Source: Candidatus Binatia bacterium
Lineage (GTDB): Bacteria > Desulfobacterota > Binatia > DP-6
Direction: 5' to 3'
DNA: 64,000 nt
Assembly (NCBI GenBank): GCA_046327955.1
Contig: JAXLXP010000007.1
Coordinates: forward strand, 56,029-120,028
This document shows positions 1 through 9,580 of the stretch, one piece after another. Position numbers and translations under genes: made by a program. The notes below the pieces were generated by a model, which worked only from the letters and a program-made list of their open reading frames with translations, was not told the DNA's origin and did not search any database. How positions within the stretch are numbered: the first letter of the stretch is position 1; each line of letters begins with the position of its first letter.

Positions 1-646
1 CGCGCAGGAGGTCCTCGCACCAACGATCGAGCTCGGCCTCGAGCCGCTCGCGCGGCACGACCGTGTTCACGAGACCCATCTGCAGCGCCTCGTGCGCCGT
101 GTAGCGCCGGCACAGCATCCACATCTCCCGCGCCCGCTTCGCCCCGACGACCCGCGTGAGGTACGGCACGAAGTAGCCGTCGGCGGGGCTCGACACCTTC
201 GGGCCGGCCTGCCCGAAGATGGCGTTGTCCGCCGCAATCGTGAAGTCGCAGCAGTAGGCCATGTGATTCGAGCCCGCGATGCAGTAGCCCTGCACCACCG
301 CGATCACCGGCTTGCGGGAGATGCGGATCACGCGGTTGTGAGGATACCGCCAGTAGAACGCCTCGCGCAGCCCCCACTGCTCCCACTCGACGTCGCCACC
401 CGTGCCGAAGTGCTCGCCCGCCCCGGCGAGCGCGACGACGCCGATCCGCGGGTCGTGATTGGCGTCGTAGAACGCGCGGAACATCTCGTCCGCGGAGTGG
501 TTGGTGAGCGCGTTGTACTTCTCCGGCCGGTTGATCGTCACGCGCGCGACACCGCCCTCGAGGTCGCGGTGGAACTTCTTCTCGTACAGGACGTCGGTGA
601 ACTCGAGGCCGGCGCCCGTGACTGGTTCCCAGCTCGTCCAGCTCAT
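1..646 (-). CDS. Crotonase-superfamily enzyme, BadI/MenB-like subfamily (2-ketocyclohexanecarboxyl-CoA hydrolase / naphthoate-synthase type); 3' end leaves the window
   Basis: Own translation from ATG at 646: MSWTSWEPVTGAGLEFTDVLYEKKFHRDLEGGVARVTINRPEKYNALT...GTGGDV...VQGYCIAGSNHMAYCCDFTIAADNAIFGQAGPKVSSPADGYFVPYLTRVVGAKRAREMWMLCRRYTAHEALQMGLVNTVVP. This follows the BadI/MenB pattern (GQxGPKxxSxDxGYG...VGxKxARExW). It is absent from the ORF track because no stop lies in the window. ATGA overlap with the upstream stop at 643. Confidence 0.8.
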   Translation of the reverse strand, partial: MSWTSWEPVTGAGLEFTDVLYEKKFHRDLEGGVARVTINRPEKYNALTNHSADEMFRAFYDANHDPRIGVVALAGAGEHFGTGGDVEWEQWGLREAFYWRYPHNRVIRISRKPVIAVVQGYCIAGSNHMAYCCDFTIAADNAIFGQAGPKVSSPADGYFVPYLTRVVGAKRAREMWMLCRRYTAHEALQMGLVNTVVPRERLEAELDRWCEDLLR

Positions 647-1071
647 AGCGTCCCGATCACCCGCTCGGCCTCCCGCAACTCTCGCAGAAGCGCCGCCGTG
701 TCGATGGCCGTGATCCCCCGCGGCAGCGCGCCGTCGAGCCCCAGCAACGTGGACCAGATCGGGCAGGCCCAGACCGTGACGCCAGCCTCGACCGCGCGCG
801 CAATCAACGCCTTCGCGTCGAGCTGCCGTCCTTCGCCCCGTCCCATGAGCGGCAGACCCGCCGCCTTGGCGCGGTCGGCGAGCTGCAGCCGCAGCGCCTG
901 ACCGGAGAGCTCCCGCGGCCACGCGAAGGTGCCGCGCACCGCCGCCGCCAGCGCTTCCTGCGTCAGCACGACCCCGACCGCCTGCCCTGCCTTGCGGGCC
1001 TCGATCGCGGTGAGCAATCCTCCCGTCAGAGAGCTCGCCAGCGCGTCGCGCAGGATGAAGAGGAGGTCCAT
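643..1071 (-). CDS. Small DsrE/DsrF-like fold protein (function unknown)
   Basis: 142-aa ORF packed without gaps between a CoA-transferase (stop at 1072) and the crotonase (ATGA overlap). The family assignment is from general resemblance only. Confidence 0.5.
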   Translation of the reverse strand: MDLLFILRDALASSLTGGLLTAIEARKAGQAVGVVLTQEALAAAVRGTFAWPRELSGQALRLQLADRAKAAGLPLMGRGEGRQLDAKALIARAVEAGVTVWACPIWSTLLGLDGALPRGITAIDTAALLRELREAERVIGTL

Positions 1072-2268
1072 TCAGCGCTTCCTCCCCGTCCGTCCTTCTT
1101 CGACCAGCCGGGCGATCTCCGCTGGCGCGTAGCCGAGCTCGCCCAGGATCTCCGCCGTGTGCTGGCCAAAGACCGGAGGGGCGAGGCGCACGCTGCCGGG
1201 CGTCCGCTCGAGGTGGATCGGCACGCCCGTGACCTCGAGCGGCCCGAGCGTCGCGTGCTGCGTGGTCGCGACCATGCCGTTGTGGCGCACCTGCGGGTCA
1301 CGCACGACGCGCGGGAGGTCGTTCACGGGGGCGGCCATCGCGTCGGCAGCCACCAGGCGCTCCATGAGCGTGTCGCGCGGCTGTTCGCGGCAGCGCGCCG
1401 CGATCAGCTGCTCGAGCTCGTCCTCGTGCTGCAGGCGGAGCTCGATCGTACGGAAGCGGGGGTCGGACGCCCAGTCGACCTCGAGCCCCTTGCACAGGTT
1501 GCGGAAGAACTTCTCCGACGGGCACGTGAGGCAGAGGCTCTCGCCGTCCGCGCAGCGGAACACGCCCGAGGGCGCGAAATACGGGCTGCGGTTGCCGGAG
1601 CGCGGCGTCACCCACTGGTTCAGGAAGTAGTTGCCGAGCCCGGTACACTGGGCGTGGACCAGCGCGTCGAGCAGCGAGACGTCGACGCGCTGCCCCTGGC
1701 CGCTCCGGGTGCGCTCGTGGAGCGCCGCGAGCACGCCCGTCGCCACCAGGAGCGACGCCATCACGTCCACCAGGGGCACGGTGACGCGAACGGGATCTCC
1801 GTCGGCCGCGCCGTTGAGCGACAGCAGGCCGGCGAAGCCCTGGGCAAGGAAGTCGATGCCGGGACGCCCCGCGTACGGGCCGTCGGCCCCGAACGCCGTG
1901 ACCGCGACCCAGATGACGTCCGGGCGATGGGTGCGCACCTGCTCGTAGGCGATCCCGATCTTCTCGGCCGCCGCGCCGCGCACGTTGGTGATGAGCACGT
2001 CGGCCGTCTGGACGAGCCGGTGGAACGCCGCGCGCCCGGCAGGCTGCTCGAGGTCGAGCACGACGTCGCGCTTGTTGCGGTTGAGGCCGATGAACGGTCC
2101 GCGCTCGCCGTTGCGTTCGGCGCCGAGCCGGCGGCAGTCGTCGCCGGCCGGCGACTCCACCTTGATGACGTCGGCTCCGAGATCGCCGAGCAGCGTCGCG
2201 CCATACGGACCGGCGAGCATGGTTGCGACGTCGAGGACACGGATGCCGGCCAGCGGCCCGCCACTCAC
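1072..2268 (-). CDS. Family III CoA-transferase (CaiB/BaiF type), copy 1
   Basis: The real start is the GTG at 2268 (VSGGPLAGIRVLDVATMLAGPYGATLLGDLGADVIKVESP...), the canonical N-terminus of the family. GTGA overlap with the upstream stop at 2265. The 837-aa track ORF is upstream read-through. Confidence 0.9.
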   Translation of the reverse strand: MSGGPLAGIRVLDVATMLAGPYGATLLGDLGADVIKVESPAGDDCRRLGAERNGERGPFIGLNRNKRDVVLDLEQPAGRAAFHRLVQTADVLITNVRGAAAEKIGIAYEQVRTHRPDVIWVAVTAFGADGPYAGRPGIDFLAQGFAGLLSLNGAADGDPVRVTVPLVDVMASLLVATGVLAALHERTRSGQGQRVDVSLLDALVHAQCTGLGNYFLNQWVTPRSGNRSPYFAPSGVFRCADGESLCLTCPSEKFFRNLCKGLEVDWASDPRFRTIELRLQHEDELEQLIAARCREQPRDTLMERLVAADAMAAPVNDLPRVVRDPQVRHNGMVATTQHATLGPLEVTGVPIHLERTPGSVRLAPPVFGQHTAEILGELGYAPAEIARLVEEGRTGRKR

Positions 2269-3473
2269 AGAATCACCCCCTGCTCCTTGAACTCGCCGAC
2301 CTGCTCCCACGAGTAGCCGAGGGTGTCGACGAGCAGCTCCTCGGTATGTTGGCCGAGCTCCGGCCCGAGGTGCCGCACCGTACCGGGCGTACGGGCGAGC
2401 GCGACCGGGAGACCCCGGACGACCACCTGGCGCTGCACCTCCTCGCAGTGGGTCTCCACGAGGTACTGGTTCTCCCACGCCTGCGGGTCCCGTGCGAGGT
2501 CGGAGAGGTCGCAGATCGTGCTCGCCGCGAGGCCGGCCGCCCGCCAGCGCCCCGTCCATTCGCCGGCGGGGCGCCGCGCGAGAATCGTCTCGAGGCGCTC
2601 GACCAGTGCTGCCGCGTTCGCGGCGCGCGCCGGCGCGGTCGCGAACCGCGCATCGGCGGCGAGCGCCGGATCCTCGAGCGTCGCGCAGAGCCGCGTCCAG
2701 TCTGCGTCGGTGTCGGGCACGCAGAGGAACACCCAGCGGTCCTGGGTCGGGTACGTGTTCCAGAGAGCGTTGGCGGGGTGGGACCGCGACTGTTGGCGGC
2801 CGCACTCCTCGGCGCCGGCGAGATAGCCCTGCAACGTCGGCGCCGCCATGAAGAGCTGCGCGCCGTAGAGCGAGGCGTCGAGGAACTGGCCGCGGCCCGT
2901 CTGCCGGCGCGCGTGCAGCGCGATCATGATGCCGAGCGCGCACATGAGCCCGCCCATCGCGTCGCCCGAGCCCATGCCGACGTAGATCGGCGGCTGTCCC
3001 GGCTCGCCGAGCCGGGGCATGAGCCCGGTGAGAGCCTGCACGGTCATGTCGAAGGCCGGCTTCACGCTCTGCGCGCGCGGACCGTAGCCGCTCGCGACGG
3101 CGTAGACCAGACGCGGGTTGATCGCCGCGAGCTTGTCGTACGCGAGGCCCCACTTCTCGAGCGCCGCCTTGCCGAGGTTCGAGAGGAAGACATCCGACAC
3201 CTCCACCAGCTTGTAGAGGATGTCCCGCCCGGCGGGCTTGTTGAGGTCGACTGCCAGACTCTTCTTGTTGCGGTTGATGACGAGGAAGTACTGGTTCCAG
3301 TCGCCGACCGGCAGGGCCTTGATCGAGCGCACCCCGCGGCCGAGGTCGCCGCCCTGGGGCCGCTCGACGTGGATCACCTCCGCGCCGAAGTCGGCGAGGT
3401 GCTGCCCCGCCACCGGCCCCTGGAACCAGACGGAGAGGTCGATGACACGGATCCCATCGAGCACGCCTGCCAT
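2265..3473 (-). CDS. Family III CoA-transferase (CaiB/BaiF type), copy 2
   Basis: ATG at 3473: MAGVLDGIRVIDLSVWFQGPVAGQHLADFGAEVIHVERP...; 402 aa. The rest of the 1007-aa track ORF is read-through. Confidence 0.9.
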   Translation of the reverse strand: MAGVLDGIRVIDLSVWFQGPVAGQHLADFGAEVIHVERPQGGDLGRGVRSIKALPVGDWNQYFLVINRNKKSLAVDLNKPAGRDILYKLVEVSDVFLSNLGKAALEKWGLAYDKLAAINPRLVYAVASGYGPRAQSVKPAFDMTVQALTGLMPRLGEPGQPPIYVGMGSGDAMGGLMCALGIMIALHARRQTGRGQFLDASLYGAQLFMAAPTLQGYLAGAEECGRQQSRSHPANALWNTYPTQDRWVFLCVPDTDADWTRLCATLEDPALAADARFATAPARAANAAALVERLETILARRPAGEWTGRWRAAGLAASTICDLSDLARDPQAWENQYLVETHCEEVQRQVVVRGLPVALARTPGTVRHLGPELGQHTEELLVDTLGYSWEQVGEFKEQGVIL

Positions 3474-3478
3474 CCCGA

Positions 3479-4661
3479 TCACCCCGCGACGACGCCGTCG
3501 CGCTGGAGGACGGCGATCTGTTCCTCGGTGTAGCCCAATGTCTCGTGGAGGACCGCCGCCGTGTGCTGGCCCACGAGCGGCGCACGCCGGTCGAGGCGCG
3601 CCGGCGTGTCGGTCATGAAGATCGGGAACCCGAGCATCGCGAGCGGCCCGAGGCTCGGGTCCGCGAGGTCGAGCACGTAGCGGTTGCGGCGCGCGTCCTC
3701 GTCGTGCGCGGGATAGTCGTAGCCCTCGATCACGTCGGCCGACATCTGCCGCTCCTGGAAGACGCGGCGCCAGTGCGCCGCCGGCCGCTGGCGGAACCCC
3801 TCGTCGAGACGGCGGATCAGCTCGAGGCGGTTGGCGTCGCAGCGCTTGTCGTGCGAGTCGAAGCGCGGATCGTGCACGTCGAGCCCGACCTCCGGGGCGA
3901 GCAGCGGCCACCACCGGTCGGTGTCGGGCATGGTGAGCGCGACCCAGCGGTCGTCGGACGTCGGATAGAAGTTGCCGCTCATCGGGTTGCCGGCATCGAG
4001 ACGCGCCACGGGGTGCAGGAACCGTTCGCCGCCGATGGCCAGGTACGCCTGCACGTCGAGACTCGCGCCGTACATGTTGCCGGCGAGCAACGACGTGTCG
4101 ACCTGCTGGCCCTCGCCCGTCGTGCCGCGATGGTAGAGCGCGAGCATCACCCCGAGCGCGAGCATGACCGTCGTACATCTGCCCGTGGCCCGGGTACACC
4201 GGCGGCTGCCCCGGCTGGCCGAGCACGCCCATGAGGCCGGTCCGCGCAGCCGCGAGCTCGTCGAGCGCGGGCGCTTCCCGATCCGGGCCCTGGGGACCGA
4301 GTCCCGAGCCGCGCGCGTACACGACGTCGGCACGCAGCGCGGCCACGCTCGCGTAGTCGAGCCCTTCGTCGCGCAGCTGGGTCTCGGGCTGGTCGGTGAG
4401 CACGACGTCGGCCTTCGCTGCCAGCGCTCGGACCAGCTCGCGCCCGCGGGCGCCGGCGAGGTCGACGGCGAGCCCGAGCTTGTTGCGGTTGGCGAGCTCG
4501 TGGCGATGGTTCCACGCCGGCGTGCTCCGCGGCCGTGCCACGGGCAGGCGCTCGACGCGGAGCACCCGCGCGCCGAAGTCGCCGAGCATCCCCGCCGCGA
4601 GCGACGCCCAGAACTCCGTCGTCAGGTCGAGGACGACGATCCCGTCCAGCCCTTTGGCCAC
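3479..4661 (-). pseudogene. Family III CoA-transferase, copy 3, split by a 1-nt frameshift near 4163-4178
   Basis: The N-terminal half (GTG 4661: VAKGLDGIVVLDLTTEFWASLAAGMLGDFGARVLRVERL...GQPPVYPGHGQMYD) is in one frame. The C-terminal half (TTVMLALGVMLALYHRGTTGEGQQVDTSLL...QRDGVVAG) is in another. The span is 1183 nt, which is not a multiple of 3. Alignment to copy 2 (GMGSGDAMGGLMCALGIMIALHARR) places the shift at catgaccgtcgtacat. Confidence 0.8.
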
Positions 4662-4675
4662 CGCGTGCCCCCCCG

Positions 4676-5218
4676 CTACTTGGACCACTCCCGAACGACG
4701 TCGAGTGTCCGGTCGACGAACTCGTGCGGATCGGGCAACGGCCGGCCGAGCCAGTCCCGATAGAACGTGTCGAGGTCGGGGAGGAACTCGAAGTCGGGCG
4801 GGCAGCCGCGCGGCACGGCCTCGACCTCGAGCTGGGTACCGCAGCCCGGGCAGTAGTACTCGCGGAGCTGGATCCACGTCGGGTCGGGCTGCTCGCGACC
4901 CCGGTAGACCTCGCTCAGCGCCGCCTCGGAGTCGCGCACGTGGATCAGCGCGGCAAGCTTCCAGTTGACGCGGTAGTCGCCGAACTCGTGCCCGCAGCGG
5001 CACTTGACGATGCGCTCCCGCCCCTTCTGCACGATCGAGAGGGCCGGCGTGAGCGGCAGCAGGATCCGCTCCTTCCACGGCACGCGGCTCTGCAGGATGC
5101 GGACCCACTTGTCGAAGCGGTCGGCGTCCTTGGGCGCCTTCATGACCTCCTGAACGCGCCGCCAGGGGAGCTTTCCGTCGACCAGCTGCTCGATCTCGTG
5201 GATGTCGTACTCGGCCAT
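4676..5218 (-). CDS. Acetone-carboxylase gamma-subunit-like Zn-binding protein
   Basis: ATG at 5218: MAEYDIHEIEQLVDGKLPWRRVQEVMKAPKDADRFDKWVRILQ...KCRCGHEFGDYRVNWK...YYCPGCGTQLEVE. It has the size and paired Cys motifs of the AcxC family and sits directly downstream of the HyuB-like gene. Confidence 0.8.
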   Translation of the reverse strand: MAEYDIHEIEQLVDGKLPWRRVQEVMKAPKDADRFDKWVRILQSRVPWKERILLPLTPALSIVQKGRERIVKCRCGHEFGDYRVNWKLAALIHVRDSEAALSEVYRGREQPDPTWIQLREYYCPGCGTQLEVEAVPRGCPPDFEFLPDLDTFYRDWLGRPLPDPHEFVDRTLDVVREWSK

Positions 5219-5235
5219 CGCGGCTCCTCGCTGCG

Positions 5236-7428
5236 TCAGAACGTGAAGTCGTCGGGCAGGTTCCAGAAGGCCCGCAGCTCCGTCGCATATCCCGGCGAGA
5301 GCTGCATCGCGGTCCGCCACATCTCGGTCACCGGCGGGGCCATGTTCTCGCCCGCCCGGATCTTCTCGCGCTCCTGCCGCCACCAGTCGCGGAACGGCAC
5401 GCCGCGCTGCTTGCGCGCCGCGCGAATCTCGTCGCGACGGCGGGCCGTGGCCGCCGCGTCGACCGTCCACTGCCCCGCGCCGTCACGGCGGGCGACGACC
5501 CCATGGACCTCGAGCGCCACGCGGTCCCGCGTGAAACCGTTCTCGAGGTCCGTCCGCACCAGCTCCGGGTCGCGCTCGATCGGGTCACCCTGGGCCTGCG
5601 CGCCGGAAACGGGATGGATCACGACGTCGTACTCGTGCAGCGCCTCGGGCACGACGAACGGTGCGATCGCGTTCGTCTCGAGTACCTTGGCGTGGATGTT
5701 CTCCGCGAGGTCCGGCTTCTCGGGGTCACCGCGCTCGTGCACCAACGGCTTCTGCGCCTCGATGAGCGCCTTGACGTTCGTGCCGCTCGCGAAGCTCGGC
5801 CGATCCGGCACCGCGGGGTACGCGCCGTACATCCCGTGGTTCGCCACCACCTTGCTCCGCATGCCGGCGCAGCCGCACTGATACTCGATCCCCGGCGTGT
5901 TCTTGATGAGCCACACCGCCGCGTGGCCGAGACCACCGCGGAACTTCCCGTACCCGCCCGAGTCGGCCTCGAGGTTCCGGCCGAGGTAGACGATCGGGTA
6001 GTAGAGCTCCGTCACCTCCGCGTTCCCGAAGTCCGCGTTGGGCGTGTAGATGCACCACGCGCTGTTCTCGCCGTCCGCCATGCCGCGCGCGGGCGCGCCG
6101 TTGCACGCCTGCTCGAGGGTGAGGCCGGCCGTGTACATCCCGTACTGGTTCGTGCCCGAGAACTCGGCCGTGAGCGTCGTCGCCGCCCCTGCGGCCATCT
6201 CCTCGACGAAGCCGCGGCTGAAATAGAAGCGGCCGAACACCTCGTAGAGACCGCTCAACCAGCACACGCCCGGTGCCCAGGCCACGCCGGAGGACGCGAA
6301 GTAGTTGACCGGGTACGGGTTGGCCCACGACCCGGCCGGCGGCGTCTCGAGCTGCCAGGCCGCGACGCAGCCCCAGTTGAACATGTCGAAGCCGACGATG
6401 TGCGAGTAGCCGTTCATGAGCGCGGAGATGATCGCCGGCGGCGTGATGTTCTCGCCGAACGGCACCCAGCCGCTCGCGCCGGGCAGCGCGAAGGTGACCT
6501 TCGCGTCGGCTCGGATCGTGACGTCCATCGGCAGGTGGAACAGGCAGTCGATGTTCTGGCTCGGCAGGATCACGCGCTTGCCCGCCATCGCCAGGTCCTT
6601 GAAGTTCGACTTCCGGATCCGGCCCGGAACCGTCTGGGACCTCACGCGCGCCACCGCGTAGCGGCGGCTGTCCTCGATGTACTCGCGCGCCGCGTCGCGG
6701 AAGAAGTCGACGCCGTACTTGTCGATGAGCGCGACCAGCCGGTCACGGAGCGTGAGGCAGCCCGCGAGCCGCCCGCGCGCGTCGCCCATCACCCAGTCGG
6801 GCACCCGGGTGCACGAGCGCATCCGTTTCTCGTACCATTTGTAGAACCGGTCGTGCTCGCCGACGCGCTCCATCGTCACCGGAACGCCGTCGCTGAAGCA
6901 GTCGGGGTTGATGAAGCCGATCGAGCCCGGCAGCACGAAGCCGGAGTCCATCACGTGCGTGACCGAGCCCGCCCACGCGACCAGCTCGCCCTTGTAGAAG
7001 ATCGGCACCGTGGTCTGGAAGTCGGGGGTGTGGATGCCGCCGTAGTGCGGGTCGTTGTTCTCGAAGATGTCGCCGGGGCGGATCCCGGGATCCTCCTCGT
7101 AGCCCTCCTCGACGTACCGTCGCAGCAGCATCGAGATGAGCCCGGGATGGGAGACGATCCCCTTGGATGCGCAGATCGCCTCGCCCGTCGGCAGGTGCAG
7201 GCTCCACAGCGCGTCGCCGCCCTCGGCGGCGATCGGCGAGGACGAGACCTTGCAGCCGACGACCCAACCCGCGTCGCAGATGTTGAGGAGGATGTGCCAC
7301 ATGGCTTCGTACGTGCCCGGGTCCTCCTCCTTGCGACGCATGCGCTCGAGGCCGAACAGATGCCCCGTCTCGCGCAGCCCCCGGTCGTTCCGCTCGAGCT
7401 GCTCCTTCAGCGAAAGCGTGCCGCTCAC
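5236..7428 (-). CDS. Hydantoinase B/oxoprolinase-family subunit, acetone-carboxylase alpha-like
   Basis: 730-aa ORF with a 4-nt overlap with the HyuA-like gene. The order HyuA-HyuB-gamma matches acxABC. Confidence 0.85.
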   Translation of the reverse strand: MSGTLSLKEQLERNDRGLRETGHLFGLERMRRKEEDPGTYEAMWHILLNICDAGWVVGCKVSSSPIAAEGGDALWSLHLPTGEAICASKGIVSHPGLISMLLRRYVEEGYEEDPGIRPGDIFENNDPHYGGIHTPDFQTTVPIFYKGELVAWAGSVTHVMDSGFVLPGSIGFINPDCFSDGVPVTMERVGEHDRFYKWYEKRMRSCTRVPDWVMGDARGRLAGCLTLRDRLVALIDKYGVDFFRDAAREYIEDSRRYAVARVRSQTVPGRIRKSNFKDLAMAGKRVILPSQNIDCLFHLPMDVTIRADAKVTFALPGASGWVPFGENITPPAIISALMNGYSHIVGFDMFNWGCVAAWQLETPPAGSWANPYPVNYFASSGVAWAPGVCWLSGLYEVFGRFYFSRGFVEEMAAGAATTLTAEFSGTNQYGMYTAGLTLEQACNGAPARGMADGENSAWCIYTPNADFGNAEVTELYYPIVYLGRNLEADSGGYGKFRGGLGHAAVWLIKNTPGIEYQCGCAGMRSKVVANHGMYGAYPAVPDRPSFASGTNVKALIEAQKPLVHERGDPEKPDLAENIHAKVLETNAIAPFVVPEALHEYDVVIHPVSGAQAQGDPIERDPELVRTDLENGFTRDRVALEVHGVVARRDGAGQWTVDAAATARRRDEIRAARKQRGVPFRDWWRQEREKIRAGENMAPPVTEMWRTAMQLSPGYATELRAFWNLPDDFTF

Positions 7429-9563
7429 GACTTGCTCCCCTTCTTCTCGAGCCAGTAGATGCCGCGCTCGTCGATCCGCGCACGCCAGCCACCGGGGACG
7501 AACAGCGTCGTGTTCGGCGCCTCGACCACCGCGAGCCCGTCGATCACGTTCCCGGGCCGCAGCTCGTCCATCTCCCAGAGCCGCGCGTCACCCCAGCGTC
7601 CGCCCTCGAAGACCGGCCGCGTCCCCTTGGAGGCCTTCTTGGCCGGCTCCGGCGCCTGGAGGTCGTAGGTGACGACCTGCGGCTTCACGGTCTGCACCTG
7701 CGCGATGACGCTCACCTCGCTGGTGAGGTAGGTCGGCTGCGGCGGCCGGCCAGCGAGCGTGAACATCTTGCCGAAGATCTCCTCGAAGCGGGCGAGCAGC
7801 TTGTCGACGTCCGCGTCCGTCTCGAGCCGCGCCACCGGGGATTCGACCTCCACGTCCTCGAGCTGGCCGTAGTACTTGATGTAGGCCATGTGCCGCAGCG
7901 AGATCTGGTCGCGCCGGAAGCCCTCGGCGAGCAGCTCTTTGAGCAGCTCGTCTTCGAGCTGGCGCCACGCCCCGCCGATGACCTGCGCCGCCTGCAGCTT
8001 GCTGCGCGGGTCGAGGGGCGTGACCATCGCCGAGACGCTCTTGTGGCGGCGGTGGGCGTAGTCCATGCACGCGCCGCCCCAGGCCGAGAACGCGGCCGCA
8101 TGCGGCGCGGTCGCCACGCCCTTCCACGGGAAGTCGCCCGCGTAGCCGACGAGGTGCATCGGCCCGGCGCCGCCGTAGCCGAGCAGCACGTAGTCGCGGA
8201 GGTCGTAGCCGAGCATGAGCGAACGCACGAGGTGCTCGCGCATCAGCACGTTGACGAGGTTCACGCACTGTTCGGCGGCAACGTAGGGGTCGAGCCCGAG
8301 CGGCTTCGCGACCAGCTCGGTGAAGACCCGCAGCGCCTTCTCCTTGTTCACCTTGACGCGGCCGCCGAGGTAGTAGTCCGGGTTGATCACGCCGAGCAGC
8401 AGGTCGCAGTCGCAGATGGTCGGCGTCTCGTTGCCGGTCTCCTGGAAGACCGGGCCGGGCGTACCACCGGCGCTGTCGGGGCCCAGCTTGATGCGTTTCG
8501 TGTGCGGGTCGAGGCGGATGTACGTGCCCGTGCCCGCGCCGATCGAACGGATGTCGAGCATCGGCACGTTCACGAACATCTGCATGAACGCCGGCTCGCG
8601 ATCGATCGGCAGGATGCCGGCCGTGATGCAGCCGGCGTCGAAGCTCGTCCCGCCCATGTCGGAGCAGACCATGTTCTCGATGCCGAGTGCCTGCGCGAGG
8701 TAGTGCCCGCCCATGAGGCCGCCCACCGGTCCCGACATGACCGTCTCGAACAGGCGCTTGTAGCGGATGTTGGTGACGCCGCCGTAGCAGAGCACGGTCT
8801 TGAGCGAGCGGTCGTAGCCGCAGTCCGCGAGCTTCTTCTCGACCGTGAGGAACACCTTGCGCGCGGGCTCCGCCGCGTAGGCCTGGATGACCGTCGCGTT
8901 CGCGCGGGAGATCTCGCGCTGCACCGGGGCCACTTCGCTCGAGATGACGACCGGGATCGTCCGCCCGCTCTTGCGGATCGCGTCCTCGGCGATCTCCCGA
9001 GCCCGCTGCTCGTGCGCCGGGTTCGTGAACGACTGGAGAAAGACGATCGCCAGGGACTCGATGCCCTGCGCGAGGAGCTCGTCGACCGCCCGCACGACCT
9101 CGTGCTCGTAGAGCGGGATCACCGCCTTCCCGAACATGTCGATGCGCTCGGTCACGCCACGCGTGAGCGACCGCGGCACGAGCGGTGCGCCGTGCTTGCG
9201 GTACTGCATGTGCGTGACCTCGGGCCAGTCGAAACCGATGAACGTCTGCCGGCCACGCCCCTGAACGATCACGTCCTCGAAGCCGCGCGTGACGATCAAG
9301 CCGGTCTTGAGCCCGTCGAGGTTGATGAGGGAGTTGAGCATCGCCGTGCCGGCGTAGATCACCGTCTCGACGTTGCCGCAGACCTCCTTCTCCGGCTTGA
9401 GGTCCCAGTACGACAGCGCGTCGACCAGCGACTCCATGTAGCCGACGCTCTCGTCGTAGCGCGTCGTCGGGGCCTTGCCGATGACGAACCGGCCCTTCTC
9501 GTCGACCACGATGACGTCCGTCATGGTCCCACCGGCATCGGACGCCACGAGATAGCGCGTCAT
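7425..9563 (-). CDS. Hydantoinase A/oxoprolinase-family ATPase subunit, acetone-carboxylase beta-like
   Basis: 712 aa; the N-terminus MTRYLVASDAGGTMTDVIVVDEKGRF is the ASKHA-type phosphate-1 motif of HyuA proteins. Confidence 0.85.
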   Translation of the reverse strand: MTRYLVASDAGGTMTDVIVVDEKGRFVIGKAPTTRYDESVGYMESLVDALSYWDLKPEKEVCGNVETVIYAGTAMLNSLINLDGLKTGLIVTRGFEDVIVQGRGRQTFIGFDWPEVTHMQYRKHGAPLVPRSLTRGVTERIDMFGKAVIPLYEHEVVRAVDELLAQGIESLAIVFLQSFTNPAHEQRAREIAEDAIRKSGRTIPVVISSEVAPVQREISRANATVIQAYAAEPARKVFLTVEKKLADCGYDRSLKTVLCYGGVTNIRYKRLFETVMSGPVGGLMGGHYLAQALGIENMVCSDMGGTSFDAGCITAGILPIDREPAFMQMFVNVPMLDIRSIGAGTGTYIRLDPHTKRIKLGPDSAGGTPGPVFQETGNETPTICDCDLLLGVINPDYYLGGRVKVNKEKALRVFTELVAKPLGLDPYVAAEQCVNLVNVLMREHLVRSLMLGYDLRDYVLLGYGGAGPMHLVGYAGDFPWKGVATAPHAAAFSAWGGACMDYAHRRHKSVSAMVTPLDPRSKLQAAQVIGGAWRQLEDELLKELLAEGFRRDQISLRHMAYIKYYGQLEDVEVESPVARLETDADVDKLLARFEEIFGKMFTLAGRPPQPTYLTSEVSVIAQVQTVKPQVVTYDLQAPEPAKKASKGTRPVFEGGRWGDARLWEMDELRPGNVIDGLAVVEAPNTTLFVPGGWRARIDERGIYWLEKKGSKS

Positions 9564-9580
9564 CGAGGCCCCCGCATCGA

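Noticed and set aside
92-901. Long ORFs antisense to, or out of frame with, recognisable genes. Examples: 92-901, 1159-2316, 2223-3533, 5503-7458, 7890-9740, 9686-11152, 11043-13223, 12875-15643, 20683-22362, 27784-29067, 30861-32570, 32571-34733, 35749-36669, 48354-49430, 54100-55140, 60175-61236.
   Set aside because: In GC-rich DNA stop codons are rare in all frames. These translations are Arg/Pro/Ala/Gly-rich, carry no recognisable motifs, and overlap ORFs with clear family signatures on the other strand or frame.
1072-5288. The 837-aa and 1007-aa track ORFs, read as giant multidomain CoA-transferase proteins.
   Set aside because: Only the C-terminal ~400 aa of each matches the family. 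The canonical N-terminal G-I-R-V-L/I-D motif with a start codon (GTG 2268, ATG 3473) lies right after the upstream gene's stop. The rest is in-frame read-through over neighbouring genes.
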